Counted from the stretch's first letter, positions 51,687 through 62,879 are shown. The stretch is 64,000 bases of DNA from Candidatus Bathyarchaeota archaeon (GCA_963832745.1 CAWHVC010000005.1:64001-128000), one strand, 5' to 3'. The notes: generated by a model from the sequence alone, not told the origin. A program made the numbers and translations.

Positions 51687-52028
51687 ATGGCGTACACACG
51701 TGATGAAACAGAAAACATTGAAGTTGACTATTCAGCAAAGCAGCTTTGGGAAGGCATTCCAAAAGCACTCACTAAACTGGAATGGACAATCATAGAATCA
51801 GACAAGGAAAAGTTTCATCTAACAGTTAAAACCAAAGGCGCCTTCATGTCTTACCCTTCAAACATGAAAATCGATTTAGTCCCAGTTAACGATAAGTCCA
51901 CCCGTATATTAATTTCTGGTCAGACACCAGTCACGACCATAACTTCTGTATTGGATTTTGGCAGAACACGAGAACGCATTGAAAGATTTATTGTTACACT
52001 TGCCCAGCTTATGGAGAAGAAAAGCTAA
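51687..52028 (+). CDS. Hypothetical protein
   Basis: 113-aa ORF with TATA-like upstream. Confidence 0.7.
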   Translation: MAYTRDETENIEVDYSAKQLWEGIPKALTKLEWTIIESDKEKFHLTVKTKGAFMSYPSNMKIDLVPVNDKSTRILISGQTPVTTITSVLDFGRTRERIERFIVTLAQLMEKKS

Positions 52029-52033
52029 AAAAG

Positions 52034-52993
52034 TTATTCGTTGATTTGGGTTTTTTTAAACGCAAACCAACCTATCAATAGAAACGCTACAATGTATGCC
52101 ATTGCTATTGCAAGTCCACGAAGAGCAATGTCACCTATGGTTTCAGTGTAAAGCAATTCTGTTGCGGGCAATGTTGTATCTCCAACTTGTACTGACCAAA
52201 TATCTGTTTTAGAGAAAGTTACTTCTTTCCCAGGATACAGCAACGCGTAAACCATGTTTTGGCCTAAATTGTCGGTACCTGTGCTGATTCCAAGTGTGGT
52301 GTTGTCTGCAAGTATCATACTTCCAGTGGCTCCGCTTCCAGGTAAATAATTCAGCGCTGGCGAAGGACCAGCAAAAACTGAGATGATAGGCATCGCTATA
52401 AATAGGGAACCAAACAAGCCCAAAGCGATAATCACAGTTAGCATTGTGTTCTTTGTTATTGAGCCCATGGCGAGAAGTATTGAAACCCAAATGAAAGTGC
52501 TAATTAGGTCTCCAAGCAGTACAAGTGGAACAAGTCCCAAATCGTTTTGCGGACCATATATGAGAATAGAACCGACTGTCGTGTAAGTGAAGATTATCGT
52601 AAACGAAAGCAATATGATAACAAATGCCGCGAACAGTTTGCCTAAAAAGACTGTTGTTCGTGAAACAGGTTTAGTTAGTAAAGGTACGATTGTGCCGCTT
52701 TCAAATTCGCTAGATATACTGTTCATTGCTGTGGCAAGTGCGAATAAGAAGAAGCTGAAGCTGCCTGCGCTGTAGGTAATCGCGAATGTGGTGTCTTGGG
52801 GAATGTCGCTGCTCAACATGAGAGGCAACACTAAACCTAAGGTTGCGATGAGAAACGCGATTATTATGATGCCGATGAATTTTTTCTTACGGATGTTCCA
52901 AATCATTTCGTAACGTACAATAGCCAAGAAACGGGTAAACCAAGAATTCGAACCGACAAGCGTTTCTTGCTGGTTTTGCTGATATTGGCTCAT
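52034..52993 (-). CDS. ABC-2 transporter permease
   Basis: ISSEFESGTIVPLLTKPVSRTTVFLGK. Confidence 0.88.
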   Translation of the reverse strand: MSQYQQNQQETLVGSNSWFTRFLAIVRYEMIWNIRKKKFIGIIIIAFLIATLGLVLPLMLSSDIPQDTTFAITYSAGSFSFFLFALATAMNSISSEFESGTIVPLLTKPVSRTTVFLGKLFAAFVIILLSFTIIFTYTTVGSILIYGPQNDLGLVPLVLLGDLISTFIWVSILLAMGSITKNTMLTVIIALGLFGSLFIAMPIISVFAGPSPALNYLPGSGATGSMILADNTTLGISTGTDNLGQNMVYALLYPGKEVTFSKTDIWSVQVGDTTLPATELLYTETIGDIALRGLAIAMAYIVAFLLIGWFAFKKTQINE

Positions 52994-53937
52994 TGCTTTT
53001 TGCCTCCATTGTCCTTACCGACTAACTGAATAAACACGTCTTCAAGAGTTGAAGTTTTTTGGCTCATGCCCACGATTATGCCTCCAGCGCCTGTAACTTC
53101 TTTTGACACCTTTGCCCGCACATCATCATGAGAAGTTACTTGAACGCTTAAACTGGAACCTTCCTGATAGACCTCTGAAACAAACGGCAAGTCTTTTACA
53201 GCTGAAACAATATTGCTGGTTAAGTTGGCAACTTCAAGGTGTATCATGGATGGACCAGCAAGCATGTTTGAAACCGTTTGAAGCCTGCCAGATGCCAGTG
53301 TGGCGCCTTTGTTGATGATTGTTACGTGGTCACAGATTTGTTCAACCTCAAACAGTAGGTGTGATGAAAGAAAAACGGTCATGCCTTCTTTGGAGATTTC
53401 TTTCACAAGCTCACGCACTTCCACCATGCCTACGGGGTCAAGACCAATGCTGGGCTCATCCAAAATTACAAGTTCAGGGTTATTCAAAAGAGCCTGTGCA
53501 ATGCCGATACGTTGTTGCATGCCCTTGCTGTATTTGCCGATGTAATCGTTTTCTCTGCCTTTTAAACCGACAAGGCCGATAAGTCGGGGTATCTGTTCTG
53601 CACGTTGCTGGCTTGTCATGCCGTACATTCTACCGTAAACATCCAAAAGCTCGGCACCCTTGAGATGTTTAGGAAACTTGGGTAGTTCTGGCATGTAACC
53701 GATTCTTAACCGTGAATTTGCCTCGTCAACATGAACTTCTCTGCCAAGAACCTTCGCGGAGCCTTGGCTGGGTTTAAGCAAGCCTACAAGAATTTTTATG
53801 GTTGTAGTTTTTCCTGCGCCGTTTGGTCCCAGAAAGCCGTGGATGCTGTTTTTTTGAACTTTAAGGTTTAGCTTGTTTACGGCTGTTAGGCTGCCGTAGT
53901 TTTTTGTTAGATTGTCGGTTTCTATGGCGTAATCCAT
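52990..53937 (-). CDS. ABC transporter ATP-binding protein
   Basis: GPNGAGKTT, YSKGMQQR, LDEP, SSH. Confidence 0.93.
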   Translation of the reverse strand: MDYAIETDNLTKNYGSLTAVNKLNLKVQKNSIHGFLGPNGAGKTTTIKILVGLLKPSQGSAKVLGREVHVDEANSRLRIGYMPELPKFPKHLKGAELLDVYGRMYGMTSQQRAEQIPRLIGLVGLKGRENDYIGKYSKGMQQRIGIAQALLNNPELVILDEPSIGLDPVGMVEVRELVKEISKEGMTVFLSSHLLFEVEQICDHVTIINKGATLASGRLQTVSNMLAGPSMIHLEVANLTSNIVSAVKDLPFVSEVYQEGSSLSVQVTSHDDVRAKVSKEVTGAGGIIVGMSQKTSTLEDVFIQLVGKDNGGKKQ

Positions 53938-54028
53938 TGTTGGCGCTGGCTCCTTTACTATTCTGTTTAGCGGGATTTTAATATAAGGTTAATCTTAGTT
54001 TAGGGAGAATCTTGAGGCGGGTAACTGG

Positions 54029-54991
54029 GTGATACGGGTTATTAGTTTAAGTGAAAGCAAAGAAGAAGAAGTTAGCCTTGAGAAGCTACCTGCTGTTAAC
54101 CTGGCTAACGTTTGGGTTGAACTGGTTGACCCGTCACCTGAAGAACTGCAAGCCGTGTCAAATGCTACTAAAATTCCACCTGATTTTTTAAAGCTGCCTA
54201 AAACCCGAAACGCAATTGATTTACGCTTAGAAACAGGAATAAACATCATTACTCTTGTTGCTTTCCAAGACATCCTAAAAGCCAAGGAAGCATGCCCCGT
54301 TGTAATGGCATTCTCAAAAGATTTCCTTGTAACAGTATCTACAAAGGAAACCCAAGCCATAATCAACAACGCCAAAGCACGAATGAGCAAAACAAAAAAT
54401 GACCCCCCAAGCATAGTTGCTTACTTTATTGTGGACGAAATCATCGCAGAACACTTTGTTCTTTTAGAGCATCTTGATGATGTGACAACACAAATTGAGG
54501 GAGAAGTAGTTAACGGTGCATCAGAGAAGACGCTGAAAAAAATCTTTAACATTAAAACCAAAATGGTTAAGCTAACCAAGGTTCTCTGGTACGAACGGGG
54601 CGTTATTTCTAATCTTAAACGTTGTAGTGATACAACTTGCATGACAGCAAAAGCAAGAACATTGTTTGAGACATCTCATGAAGAATTAACTCGGCAAATC
54701 GACATTGTAGAAACTTACAGGGAAATTCTTTCAGATGCCATCAATGTCCAATTGTCGTCAACATCGAACAAGATTAACAGTTCAATTAAAAAAATGACTT
54801 TAGTTATGTACTATTTGACGCTGATAACACTGGTTACGTCTTTTCCAAACACTATTGCAACATTCTTTGGCATTTCACAGTTCGGCGCATCTAACCCGTT
54901 TGTAATTTTTACGGCAATAGCATTGTCGGTTGTTTTGCCAATAGTTGTGCTTTGGAGACGTAAATGGTTTAGCTCAAGCAGGCTAGACTAA
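54029..54991 (+). CDS. corA: CorA family divalent cation transporter (GIS in place of GMN)
   Basis: WVELVDPSPEEL, stalk helix, PNTIATFFGIS, two C-terminal TMs. Confidence 0.78.
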   Translation: MIRVISLSESKEEEVSLEKLPAVNLANVWVELVDPSPEELQAVSNATKIPPDFLKLPKTRNAIDLRLETGINIITLVAFQDILKAKEACPVVMAFSKDFLVTVSTKETQAIINNAKARMSKTKNDPPSIVAYFIVDEIIAEHFVLLEHLDDVTTQIEGEVVNGASEKTLKKIFNIKTKMVKLTKVLWYERGVISNLKRCSDTTCMTAKARTLFETSHEELTRQIDIVETYREILSDAINVQLSSTSNKINSSIKKMTLVMYYLTLITLVTSFPNTIATFFGISQFGASNPFVIFTAIALSVVLPIVVLWRRKWFSSSRLD

Positions 54992-55003
54992 CCCTTACAA
55001 GCG

Positions 55004-55471
55004 ATGATGGAAAGTTTTAAGGCGCATTTCAACGCAATAACCTGCATTAGGGTTGAATCTGTGCAGAATAAACAAGGACCAATAACAATCAAGGGCAGAA
55101 GCTTAGGAATAGCCACTTTAACAATTATCCAAATTCTAATCGGCATAATACACACTGTCTTGGGGCTAGTGCTTTTAGGTTCAGAAATTGCCATGGGCAC
55201 ACAGGTTTCAATCATTTACAGCATCTATACTATAGCCTTCGGGTTGCTTACGCTCTTGTCTACAGTCATGATTTGGCAGGGCAAAAAGCTTGGTTGGGCT
55301 GGCACAATCGCAGTTGCCCTTTTCGTCATTGTTGCTGACTCGTTAACGGTTCTGAATTTGCCAAGCATCCCGGGCATTCCAAGGTTTGCTGCTGCTGGTG
55401 AAATACCCTACAGCCTGTTTGTCGTTTTTTACTTGTTGCTGCCTCATGTAAGAAAGAAGTTTGGGGTTTAA
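55004..55471 (+). CDS. Four-TM hypothetical membrane protein
   Basis: RSLGIATL...YLL.PHVRKKF; start may be about 55061. Confidence 0.7.
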   Translation: MMESFKAHFNAITCIRVESVQNKQGPITIKGRSLGIATLTIIQILIGIIHTVLGLVLLGSEIAMGTQVSIIYSIYTIAFGLLTLLSTVMIWQGKKLGWAGTIAVALFVIVADSLTVLNLPSIPGIPRFAAAGEIPYSLFVVFYLLLPHVRKKFGV

Positions 55472-56142
55472 GTTGGCACTGGATTGGCAGTGGAATTTTT
55501 GCGTCGGGTTATTAGCAAAAAGGCTGACGCAATAACGATTATTGCTATAATAATTATGAAGGTGTAAATTATTACTGGGTCAAGTCCGCTGCTTTCCCAC
55601 ATATTTGTTGCCGTAATCATACTGTGCATTGTGTAATTCGAGCCTGAGGATGTTCCTTCAACGCTGACGCCTGTTGCTTGGTCCCAAATGTAAGTGTTGC
55701 CAAGACTTGTAGCGGTAACAACTGTTCGTGTTGCGCCTGCATAGTTGCCTTGTTGTGTGTCGCTTATTGTTATATTACCGACACGTGAATCATAAAAACT
55801 ATCTCCGGTTTTTAGGTTGGGTGGAATGATGAAGTCATCAATAAGTTGGCCTGTTTGCAGGTTCAAGGTTGACTTTGTGTTTTCTTGTGTGCCATTAGCG
55901 TATGTTGACACGATGTTAACGTAAATCAAGGGTCCGGAAACGTCAAGAACTTGCATTCTTGCTGAGGTAATGGAATGATCAGGTGACGGTGTACCAGTAA
56001 ATGTTACTTCGTATTCTATCCAGTCGCCCGTTTTAACGCCCGCTGTTGGTTGAGCAGTTGAAACACTAATTATGCTTAAAACCAAAACAATCGAGACTAA
56101 AGCACACGCATACACTTTGAGTTTCATCAAAGAAGCCTTCAT
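55468..56142 (-). CDS. Secreted protein with C-terminal membrane anchor
   Basis: Signal peptide, GVKTGDWIEY, WDQATGV, TNMW, TM plus basic tail. Confidence 0.75.
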   Translation of the reverse strand: MKASLMKLKVYACALVSIVLVLSIISVSTAQPTAGVKTGDWIEYEVTFTGTPSPDHSITSARMQVLDVSGPLIYVNIVSTYANGTQENTKSTLNLQTGQLIDDFIIPPNLKTGDSFYDSRVGNITISDTQQGNYAGATRTVVTATSLGNTYIWDQATGVSVEGTSSGSNYTMHSMITATNMWESSGLDPVIIYTFIIIIAIIVIASAFLLITRRKNSTANPVPT

Positions 56143-56199
56143 TATTTGAAGCTATGTAACCTTGTTTTTATAAAATTTGCCCACCCACAGCATACACCG

Positions 56200-57576
56200 T
56201 TAAGTAGTTTGAGTTTTTCTTCGGTTAAAATATGCCCAAACCAAAACAGCACCAATAAAGAAAACTGAAGCGCCCGCACCAATCAAGATCAACCAAAAAG
56301 ATGAATCACCCTTTTCAGAAACATTAAAGCTTACGTTGTTTGATACGCCGATGTTTCCAAAATAATCAATTGCATAAACGGTTATGTTGTGGTTTCCCGG
56401 TTGAAAGGTTAGTGAAGTGTTATCTGAAACGGGTACAAGTGGTTGCCCGTCTATGCTTAGCTGTATATTGGCTGCAGGCTTGCTCACTGTGAAGTCTATG
56501 GTTACTGTGGTAGGGTACGTTTTGTTTTGGGGGAAGAGAATAGCTATTTTCGGAGGGGTTGTGTCAGTTGGCAGGTCATTTTGCGGCGTGTACTTTTCAA
56601 CTATACTTGTGGGATGGGCATTGTTTTCAATCATAACTATGGAGCCACCGATAACATAAACAGCGCCACCAACAGTGGCCAATGCAGCGTTAACTCGTGG
56701 AGTAGGCATCAAAGATGAAACACGCCAACAGTTCTCTGCAGAATCCCAAGTCAAGCTTGTAAAGTTTGGCGGTCCAGCATCCCACCACGTGTCGTCAACC
56801 CCGAAAACCCAGATTCCCGCAAGCGAACCAGTGGTTGCTGCATACGCTAAAAGGTACCCCTGCACAATAGGCGCTGCCACAGTCCAACTGTCAGTTGCTG
56901 TGTCATAAACTTGATGAGAAACCGAATAAGGAAAAGCTCCAAAAACGTGAATTTTACCATCCAAGACCGCTGAGGCGCAACTCCAAATCAACCTTAAATC
57001 CGGCTTAAACGGCATCGACGTCTTGGTGGTCCAAGTGCCTGTTGCAGGGTCGTAAACCTCGGTAACGTTTGAGTTGCCACCGAAAAGATATATTTTATCA
57101 TCAACTACTGATGCGGTTACGCCGACACGGGGTGTTGGCATATCCGTTTTGGTCACCCAAGTATCGGTAGCAGGGTCGTAAACCTCGTTAACGCTTGAAA
57201 CCATGACTTGCCCATCCTTAAAACCAGTTGTTCCACCGATGCAGTAAATTTTGCCGTCCACAACCGCTGTTGCGAAGCTGGCGCGTGGCGTTGGCATATC
57301 GGTTTGGGTAATCCACTGGTTGCTTTCAGGGTCATATTTTTCGTTGGCGCCTGTGCAGGTTATGTAGCTTGGAGGATCAATGACTCCGCCGATAGCGTAG
57401 ATTTCCCCATTTACCACTGCTACGCCAAGGCTTGCCCGTGCGACGTGCATGGATGTTTTAGTTTCCCAAGCGGTTGAAGTAGATGCTTGTGCGGGATTAA
57501 TTGTGAGGCAGGTAACCATTAAAAGCGCAATAAGTGCTAGAGTAACTTTTACTTGCATATTTTGCCTCAAAAGCAA
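56200..57576 (-). CDS. Kelch-repeat surface protein with Ig-like domain and TM anchor
   Basis: Repeated MPTPR...VVDGKIY.IGG...EVYDPATDTW. Confidence 0.9.
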   Translation of the reverse strand: MLLRQNMQVKVTLALIALLMVTCLTINPAQASTSTAWETKTSMHVARASLGVAVVNGEIYAIGGVIDPPSYITCTGANEKYDPESNQWITQTDMPTPRASFATAVVDGKIYCIGGTTGFKDGQVMVSSVNEVYDPATDTWVTKTDMPTPRVGVTASVVDDKIYLFGGNSNVTEVYDPATGTWTTKTSMPFKPDLRLIWSCASAVLDGKIHVFGAFPYSVSHQVYDTATDSWTVAAPIVQGYLLAYAATTGSLAGIWVFGVDDTWWDAGPPNFTSLTWDSAENCWRVSSLMPTPRVNAALATVGGAVYVIGGSIVMIENNAHPTSIVEKYTPQNDLPTDTTPPKIAILFPQNKTYPTTVTIDFTVSKPAANIQLSIDGQPLVPVSDNTSLTFQPGNHNITVYAIDYFGNIGVSNNVSFNVSEKGDSSFWLILIGAGASVFFIGAVLVWAYFNRRKTQTT

Positions 57577-57611
57577 TTACGCTGATTATGTTAAATAGAC
57601 TTGTTGTTTCC

Positions 57612-58097
57612 TTAAAGCGCTACTTCATATGTCATGTATCCGTAGCTTAACTCGTTACCAGTCACTGAAGGAAATACAACAAACTGTTTTCCCTCATAAG
57701 ACGCAGTAAGTTCAAACCAGCAGTTTCTTGTTATTTCAATTACAAACCTGTCTGAACAGTTAGGCACATTGTAGATTTCAACAAAAGCCTCTATATCACC
57801 ATGTTTTTCTTGTCCATCTTGAAAAACCCAAAAGTTAACTGTTGTCTGGTTGTAATCTCCGCTGTCTTCTTCACGAAGTTCAAACCAGATGCATTCTCGT
57901 GTGCCAGTGGAGGGAAAAGCTAGGTCAGTGATGTTAATCAGTAATCGCTCTTTTATTTGATAGATTTCTCGGTAAAGGGCGTAATGTTGCTTTTCGGAAG
58001 AACTAATTGATTGCAAAGTCTGGGGCAAAAAGCTGCCTAACAGTAACCCGATTAAAAGACTGATACCTATGCAAGCGGCTAAACGGTTTCTTGACAT
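57612..58097 (-). CDS. Hypothetical protein with N-terminal TM
   Basis: 161-aa ORF. Confidence 0.6.
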   Translation of the reverse strand: MSRNRLAACIGISLLIGLLLGSFLPQTLQSISSSEKQHYALYREIYQIKERLLINITDLAFPSTGTRECIWFELREEDSGDYNQTTVNFWVFQDGQEKHGDIEAFVEIYNVPNCSDRFVIEITRNCWFELTASYEGKQFVVFPSVTGNELSYGYMTYEVAL

Positions 58098-58140
58098 AAT
58101 TTTCAGTTAGGTTAATGATTAAAAGCCGTTTAAAGATTTC

Positions 58141-58239
58141 ACCAACCTATTTGGTTCCTATTAGAAATTGTATGCAGAAACCTATAGGTTTTTGCATAGA
58201 ACTGCTATTAGGATCCTAATAGACGCCAAATAGGTTGGT
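58141..58239. repeat. 99-bp palindromic element with 14-bp terminal inverted repeats
   Basis: ACCAACCTATTTGG...CCAAATAGGTTGGT; internal TATGCAGAAACCTA/TAGGTTTTTGCATA and CTATTAGGATCCTAATAG. Confidence 0.85.
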
Positions 58240-58585
58240 AAACAACATAGCGAAAGCAAAGACAGCACAATAACAAACAGGCGATGCTACAGTTTTTCGT
58301 TAAGTTACTGAATTTCTTGCACTCTACTCAAAATTAGCAAACCCGCCAACTACATCAACAACAAAAAGCCTCAATCTAACGTACTAACGACTTAGCTTTT
58401 CAAGAAATAGAACTGCTATCATGTACTTTATTGGTTTTTGGGTTCCAAGGCGGTTTGGCGTTGATTTGGTTGTTATGCTTTTTTTGAACATTTTTCTGTT
58501 TTTGTGCTGATAAAATTTATAAGCAGGCATGCACACCTGTGCTTTAGGTGAAGCGGTGCAGAACCGCTTTTACACTGGTGAACGT

Positions 58586-58996
58586 ATGCGTAGAAGCTTA
58601 ACAGTAACTCCAGAAAACGACAAAAAAATCTTGCTTACCAAAGGACGATTCCTCACAGGAGACGCCCCACTCGACATCGACTACACAACAATGGTCAACA
58701 TCTTCATAGAACTCGGACACAAACTCATGACCGCCGCATGGACAGACAACACAAACCCAACCGTTACCATCGACAAAAACGAAATAGTAGAAGCCTTCAA
58801 AAAACATGCGTTTAGCGCAGAACTGAAAGAAGAATCCGTAGGAGACCAAGTCGCCGAAATCATCTTCAAAAAACTAATAGAACAAGCAGGCCTCGCCAAC
58901 GCAACTCCAAACCAGCAAGACCAACAACCAACCCCTGCCCTGCCAACACAACAATCAACCACAAAAGAAACAACAACCGAAAAATACATCACTTAA
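58586..58996 (+). CDS. Hypothetical protein upstream of grpE, possible RHH-like N-terminus
   Basis: RBS GGTGA; MRRSLTVTPENDKKI...IDYTTMVNIFIELG. Confidence 0.65.
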   Translation: MRRSLTVTPENDKKILLTKGRFLTGDAPLDIDYTTMVNIFIELGHKLMTAAWTDNTNPTVTIDKNEIVEAFKKHAFSAELKEESVGDQVAEIIFKKLIEQAGLANATPNQQDQQPTPALPTQQSTTKETTTEKYIT

Positions 58997-59022
58997 ACTT
59001 AACCTAGAGGAGCCAAACACGT

Positions 59023-59589
59023 ATGGTTGACGACAAAGAAACAAAAACCAAGCCTGAACCTCAACCGGCAGATTTTGAGAAGCTTCTTGAAGCAGAAAAG
59101 AAGCTTTCAGAAGACTACCTTACCAGACTAAAATACATGCAAGCAGACTTTGAAAACCTCAAACGCCGCTTTGACCGGGAAACTGAGCAAATTAGAAACC
59201 ATAGCAATGAACGCTTAGTAACCTCGCTCCTCGACGTAGTTGATGAACTAGAGTTGGCAGTCAAAGTGGGGAAATGCGCAGAAAACCCTCAGAAAACCCT
59301 GCTTGAAGGCGTTGAAATGACGCTTAAGAAACTCAAAAAGGTGCTTGAGCAAGAAGGAGTCTCAGAATTGCCTTGTGTTGAAGGCAAAGTTTTCGACCCT
59401 GCAACAGCAAACGCCGTCCTCACAGAAGAACGCGAAGACTGTGAAGACTGCAGCATCCTGCAAATCATCAGGAAAGGCTACTGTATGAAGGGTCGCGTGA
59501 TTCGTCCAAGTGTAGTAAAAGTTTCAGTTAAAGGTAAACAAAAACAAGAAAAACAAAATCAAAGTAACCAAACGGAGGAAAAAAAGTAA
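59023..59589 (+). CDS. grpE: Nucleotide exchange factor GrpE
   Basis: QADFENLKRR, LLDVVDELE, GKVFDP, KGY...RVIRPSVVKV. Confidence 0.95.
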   Translation: MVDDKETKTKPEPQPADFEKLLEAEKKLSEDYLTRLKYMQADFENLKRRFDRETEQIRNHSNERLVTSLLDVVDELELAVKVGKCAENPQKTLLEGVEMTLKKLKKVLEQEGVSELPCVEGKVFDPATANAVLTEEREDCEDCSILQIIRKGYCMKGRVIRPSVVKVSVKGKQKQEKQNQSNQTEEKK

Positions 59590-61500
59590 ATGAGTAATCA
59601 AAAAACAAGTGAAAAAATTTTGGGAATCGATTTGGGAACAACCAACTCAGCAGCCGCTATCTTTGAAGGCGGTCACGCAACGGTCATTCCGAGCGCGGAA
59701 GGCCCAACAATGGCTGGAAAAATGTTCCCGTCAGTAGTAGCTTTCACAAAAGACGGTCAACTTTTGGTAGGTGAACCCGCAAAAAGACAAGCCACCACCA
59801 ACTCAGAAGGAACCTTCTTTGAAATCAAACGCAAAATGGGCAGTGACGCCAAAGTCCAAGCCTACGGCAAAGAATACACGCCACAACAAATCAGCGCGTT
59901 TATACTTCAGAAAATAAAGAAAGACGCGGAAACTTACCTTGGCGGAACAGTTAAAAAAGCAGTTATCACCGTTCCAGCACACTTTAACGATAACCAACGC
60001 CAAGCAACCAAAGACGCAGGCGAAATCGCTGGTCTTGAAGTTATGCGTATCATCAATGAACCCACAGCCGCATGTCTCGCTTACGGCATCGACAAGCTAC
60101 AGCATGAAATGAAAATCTTGGTCTTCAGCTTCGGCGGAGGCACCCACGATGTCACATTAATGGACTTTGGCAAGGGAGTCTTCCAAGTATTAAGCACCAG
60201 TGGTGACACTCAACTTGGCGGAACCGACGTTGACAAAGCAGTCATGACTTACATTCTTGATGAGTTCAAACGTCAAACAGGCGTTGATGTCAGCAGCGAT
60301 AAAATGGCAATGTCAAGGCTAAAAGATGCAGCTGAGAAAGCCAAAATCGAGTTGTCAACGTTGATGAGTACCGACATTGACCTGCCATTCCTAACCGCAG
60401 ACGCCACTGGACCAAAACACCTGCACATGACGCTAACAAGAACCAAACTGGAATCACTTGCACAACCCATCGTTGAAAAAACAAAACCAACCCTCCTAAA
60501 AGCTCTGGAAGACGCAAAACTAACCCCACAACAGGTTGACAAAATCATCCTTATCGGCGGCATGACCAGAATGCCACTTGTGCAACGGTTCGTAGAACAA
60601 ATCTTAGGTAAAGCACCTGAACGCGGAATTGACCCAATGGAAAGCGTTGCCATCGGCGCAGCCATCCAAGGTGGAGTCGTTACAGGCGAAGTCAAAGACT
60701 TACTATTACTCGACGTTACCCCATTAAGCTTGGGCGTTGAAACCATGGGCGGCGTCATGACAAAAGTCATTGACAAAAACACAACCATCCCCACAAAACG
60801 AAGCCAAGTCTTCACAACAGCAGCAGACTTCCAAACAGCAGTCACTATCCATGTCCTTCAAGGTGAACGTGCAATGTCAGCAGACAACGTTTCACTGGGC
60901 ATGTTCAACTTAGTCGACTTGCCACCAGCGCCCCGTGGAGTCCCACAAATCGAAGTTACCTTTGACATTGACGCGAACGGCATCCTTAACGTGACAGCTA
61001 AAGACCGTGGAACTGGAAAAGAATCAAAAATCACCATCACAGCCTCAACTAAACTGAGCGCAGACGAAAAAGAACGCTTAATCAAAGATGCTGAACAATT
61101 CGCAGACCAAGACCGCAAGAAGAAAGAAGAAGCAGAAACCCGCAACACCGCCGACAGCATGGTCTACACTGCTGAACGCACAAAAACAGACCTCGGAGAC
61201 AAACTATCAGCTGACGAAAAAGCAAAGATTGACGCAGCCGTAACAGAACTCAAAAACGCACTCGCAAGCAACGACATGGCACAGGTTAAAGCCAAATCAG
61301 ACGAGCTCCAGAAGGTACTGCAAGAAGTCGGAACCAAAGTTTACCAGCAAGCCGCGGCAGAAGCAGCGAAACAGCAGCAAGCCCAAGGAGGCGCAGCAGG
61401 TCCACAAGGACAAGCCGGATCAACACCGCCACCAACCGGCGAAGCAGGCCCCGACAGTGGCGAGCACGTCGTAGACTCAGACGACTATAAAGTAAAGTAG
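59590..61500 (+). CDS. dnaK: Chaperone DnaK (Hsp70)
   Basis: [62 protein letters not shown]. Confidence 0.98.
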   Translation: MSNQKTSEKILGIDLGTTNSAAAIFEGGHATVIPSAEGPTMAGKMFPSVVAFTKDGQLLVGEPAKRQATTNSEGTFFEIKRKMGSDAKVQAYGKEYTPQQISAFILQKIKKDAETYLGGTVKKAVITVPAHFNDNQRQATKDAGEIAGLEVMRIINEPTAACLAYGIDKLQHEMKILVFSFGGGTHDVTLMDFGKGVFQVLSTSGDTQLGGTDVDKAVMTYILDEFKRQTGVDVSSDKMAMSRLKDAAEKAKIELSTLMSTDIDLPFLTADATGPKHLHMTLTRTKLESLAQPIVEKTKPTLLKALEDAKLTPQQVDKIILIGGMTRMPLVQRFVEQILGKAPERGIDPMESVAIGAAIQGGVVTGEVKDLLLLDVTPLSLGVETMGGVMTKVIDKNTTIPTKRSQVFTTAADFQTAVTIHVLQGERAMSADNVSLGMFNLVDLPPAPRGVPQIEVTFDIDANGILNVTAKDRGTGKESKITITASTKLSADEKERLIKDAEQFADQDRKKKEEAETRNTADSMVYTAERTKTDLGDKLSADEKAKIDAAVTELKNALASNDMAQVKAKSDELQKVLQEVGTKVYQQAAAEAAKQQQAQGGAAGPQGQAGSTPPPTGEAGPDSGEHVVDSDDYKVK

Positions 61501-61519
61501 CACTTGCCTGCAATTCCTA

Positions 61520-61547
61520 CTTTTTCTTTTTTGTTTTTTCGTTTTTT
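61520..61547 (+). terminator. Oligo-T terminator after dnaK
   Basis: TTTTTCTTTTTTGTTTTTTCGTTTTTT. Confidence 0.65.
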
Positions 61548-62200
61548 TTATCCCTCTCGGATTTCTTTTAGCACTTGTTGTTTTAGTGCTAGACTAATCT
61601 GTTTTATTTGATTTTCTTCAAATCTTTCTTGACCTACGATGGTTGCGTTTGGGCTGGCTTGTGCTTCTCTTGTCAAAATTTCTTCAGGGTTTAATCCCAT
61701 TGCTCTTGCGATTTCTTTTAGTGTATCGATTTTGCTACATCGGGTTTTTGGTTGTATACTTAAGCCTGAAGCAGCGTATATGCCTCTTAAGTAGTCTATG
61801 CCTTTCATCTGAACGTCATGGTAAGTGCTTACTGTGTAACCCATCATATATTCGATGTAGTCTGTTTGAACGTTTAATGAAGCAAGTTGTGTTCTGAAGA
61901 ACTTTCGGATGTTGTGAACGCAAATATCATATCGTCTTCCAATTGCTTTTTCTGAGATTAAACCGGCTTTTCTGTATAGATTTCTAACGATAAGGTAGAT
62001 TGCGCTGTTTGTTACTGGGAGTGGTTTTCGGTGATGTATGTGCCTTATTAGTGGTGATTCGTCATGGATGTTTTCTGGCGGGATTTTTCCTGAGCCTTTC
62101 CGTCTTAAATCAAGATAAAGACGTAAGTTGTCTACTGCTTCTTGTCCAAGAAAGGTGTCGTAGTCGTGGTATTTGCCTTTGGTAATTTCAGCTTCAATTG
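61548..62200 (-). pseudogene. int: 5'-truncated tyrosine integrase
   Basis: Open frame EITKGKYHDYDTFLG...VHNIRKFFRTQL...EYMMGYTVSTY; first catalytic Arg region missing; MGH replaced by MGY. Confidence 0.8.
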
Positions 62201-62389
62201 CAGAGCTATAAGGATGCTACTCTGCAGATGTATCAGGAAATTTTTTTGGGAAAACAATTAAGCTTGAGATTGAAGTAATGGCAGAACAGGGAATACCTTA
62301 ATTTTATCCTAAAAAGAATTTTATGCATTTAACAAGCAAAGTAGAGCTATAGCTACTCTAATATCCTACATAGTATTTGCTATAAAATC

Positions 62390-62725
62390 ATGCGTTGCCT
62401 AAAGATTGAAGATAAGTGGGTTAACTTGATTCTTAATGGAACAAAAACCTGGGAAATCAGACGCCAAAACACAAAGATAAGAGAGCTAATTGCTCTGGGA
62501 AATACTAAAACAAAATGCTGTGTAGGTTACGCCAAAATTGTTGACTCAGTTGAAATGACGATTGAAGAATTGAAAAAACACAATGATAAGCATCAAGCTA
62601 ATGACCTCATAGATAATTATGCATTGAAAAGGAATACATTGTTTGCGTGGGAATTAAAAGAGATAAAAATTAAGGAAAAGCCTAAACCCTATTCGTACTC
62701 AACAGGTATTTGGTGCAAAATTTAA
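62390..62725 (+). CDS. ASCH domain protein
   Basis: WVNLILNGTKTWEIR (GxKxxExR), VGYAKIVD, FAWEL. Confidence 0.88.
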   Translation: MRCLKIEDKWVNLILNGTKTWEIRRQNTKIRELIALGNTKTKCCVGYAKIVDSVEMTIEELKKHNDKHQANDLIDNYALKRNTLFAWELKEIKIKEKPKPYSYSTGIWCKI

Positions 62726-62879
62726 ACCATTTTTTCTCAGCCAGGTTAACCACCTAGTTGATAACAGAAATCACAATTTTCCTATTATAACATAATTAAT
62801 AGAAAAACAAACTGACCCTAAAAAGAGGTTCTGTTAATTAATCGTTCATTCTACTTCCTAAAATTACATCATAGGAACT

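Noticed and set aside
60273-61513. Minus-strand ORFs overlapping dnaK
   Set aside because: Typical antisense shadows of a conserved gene.
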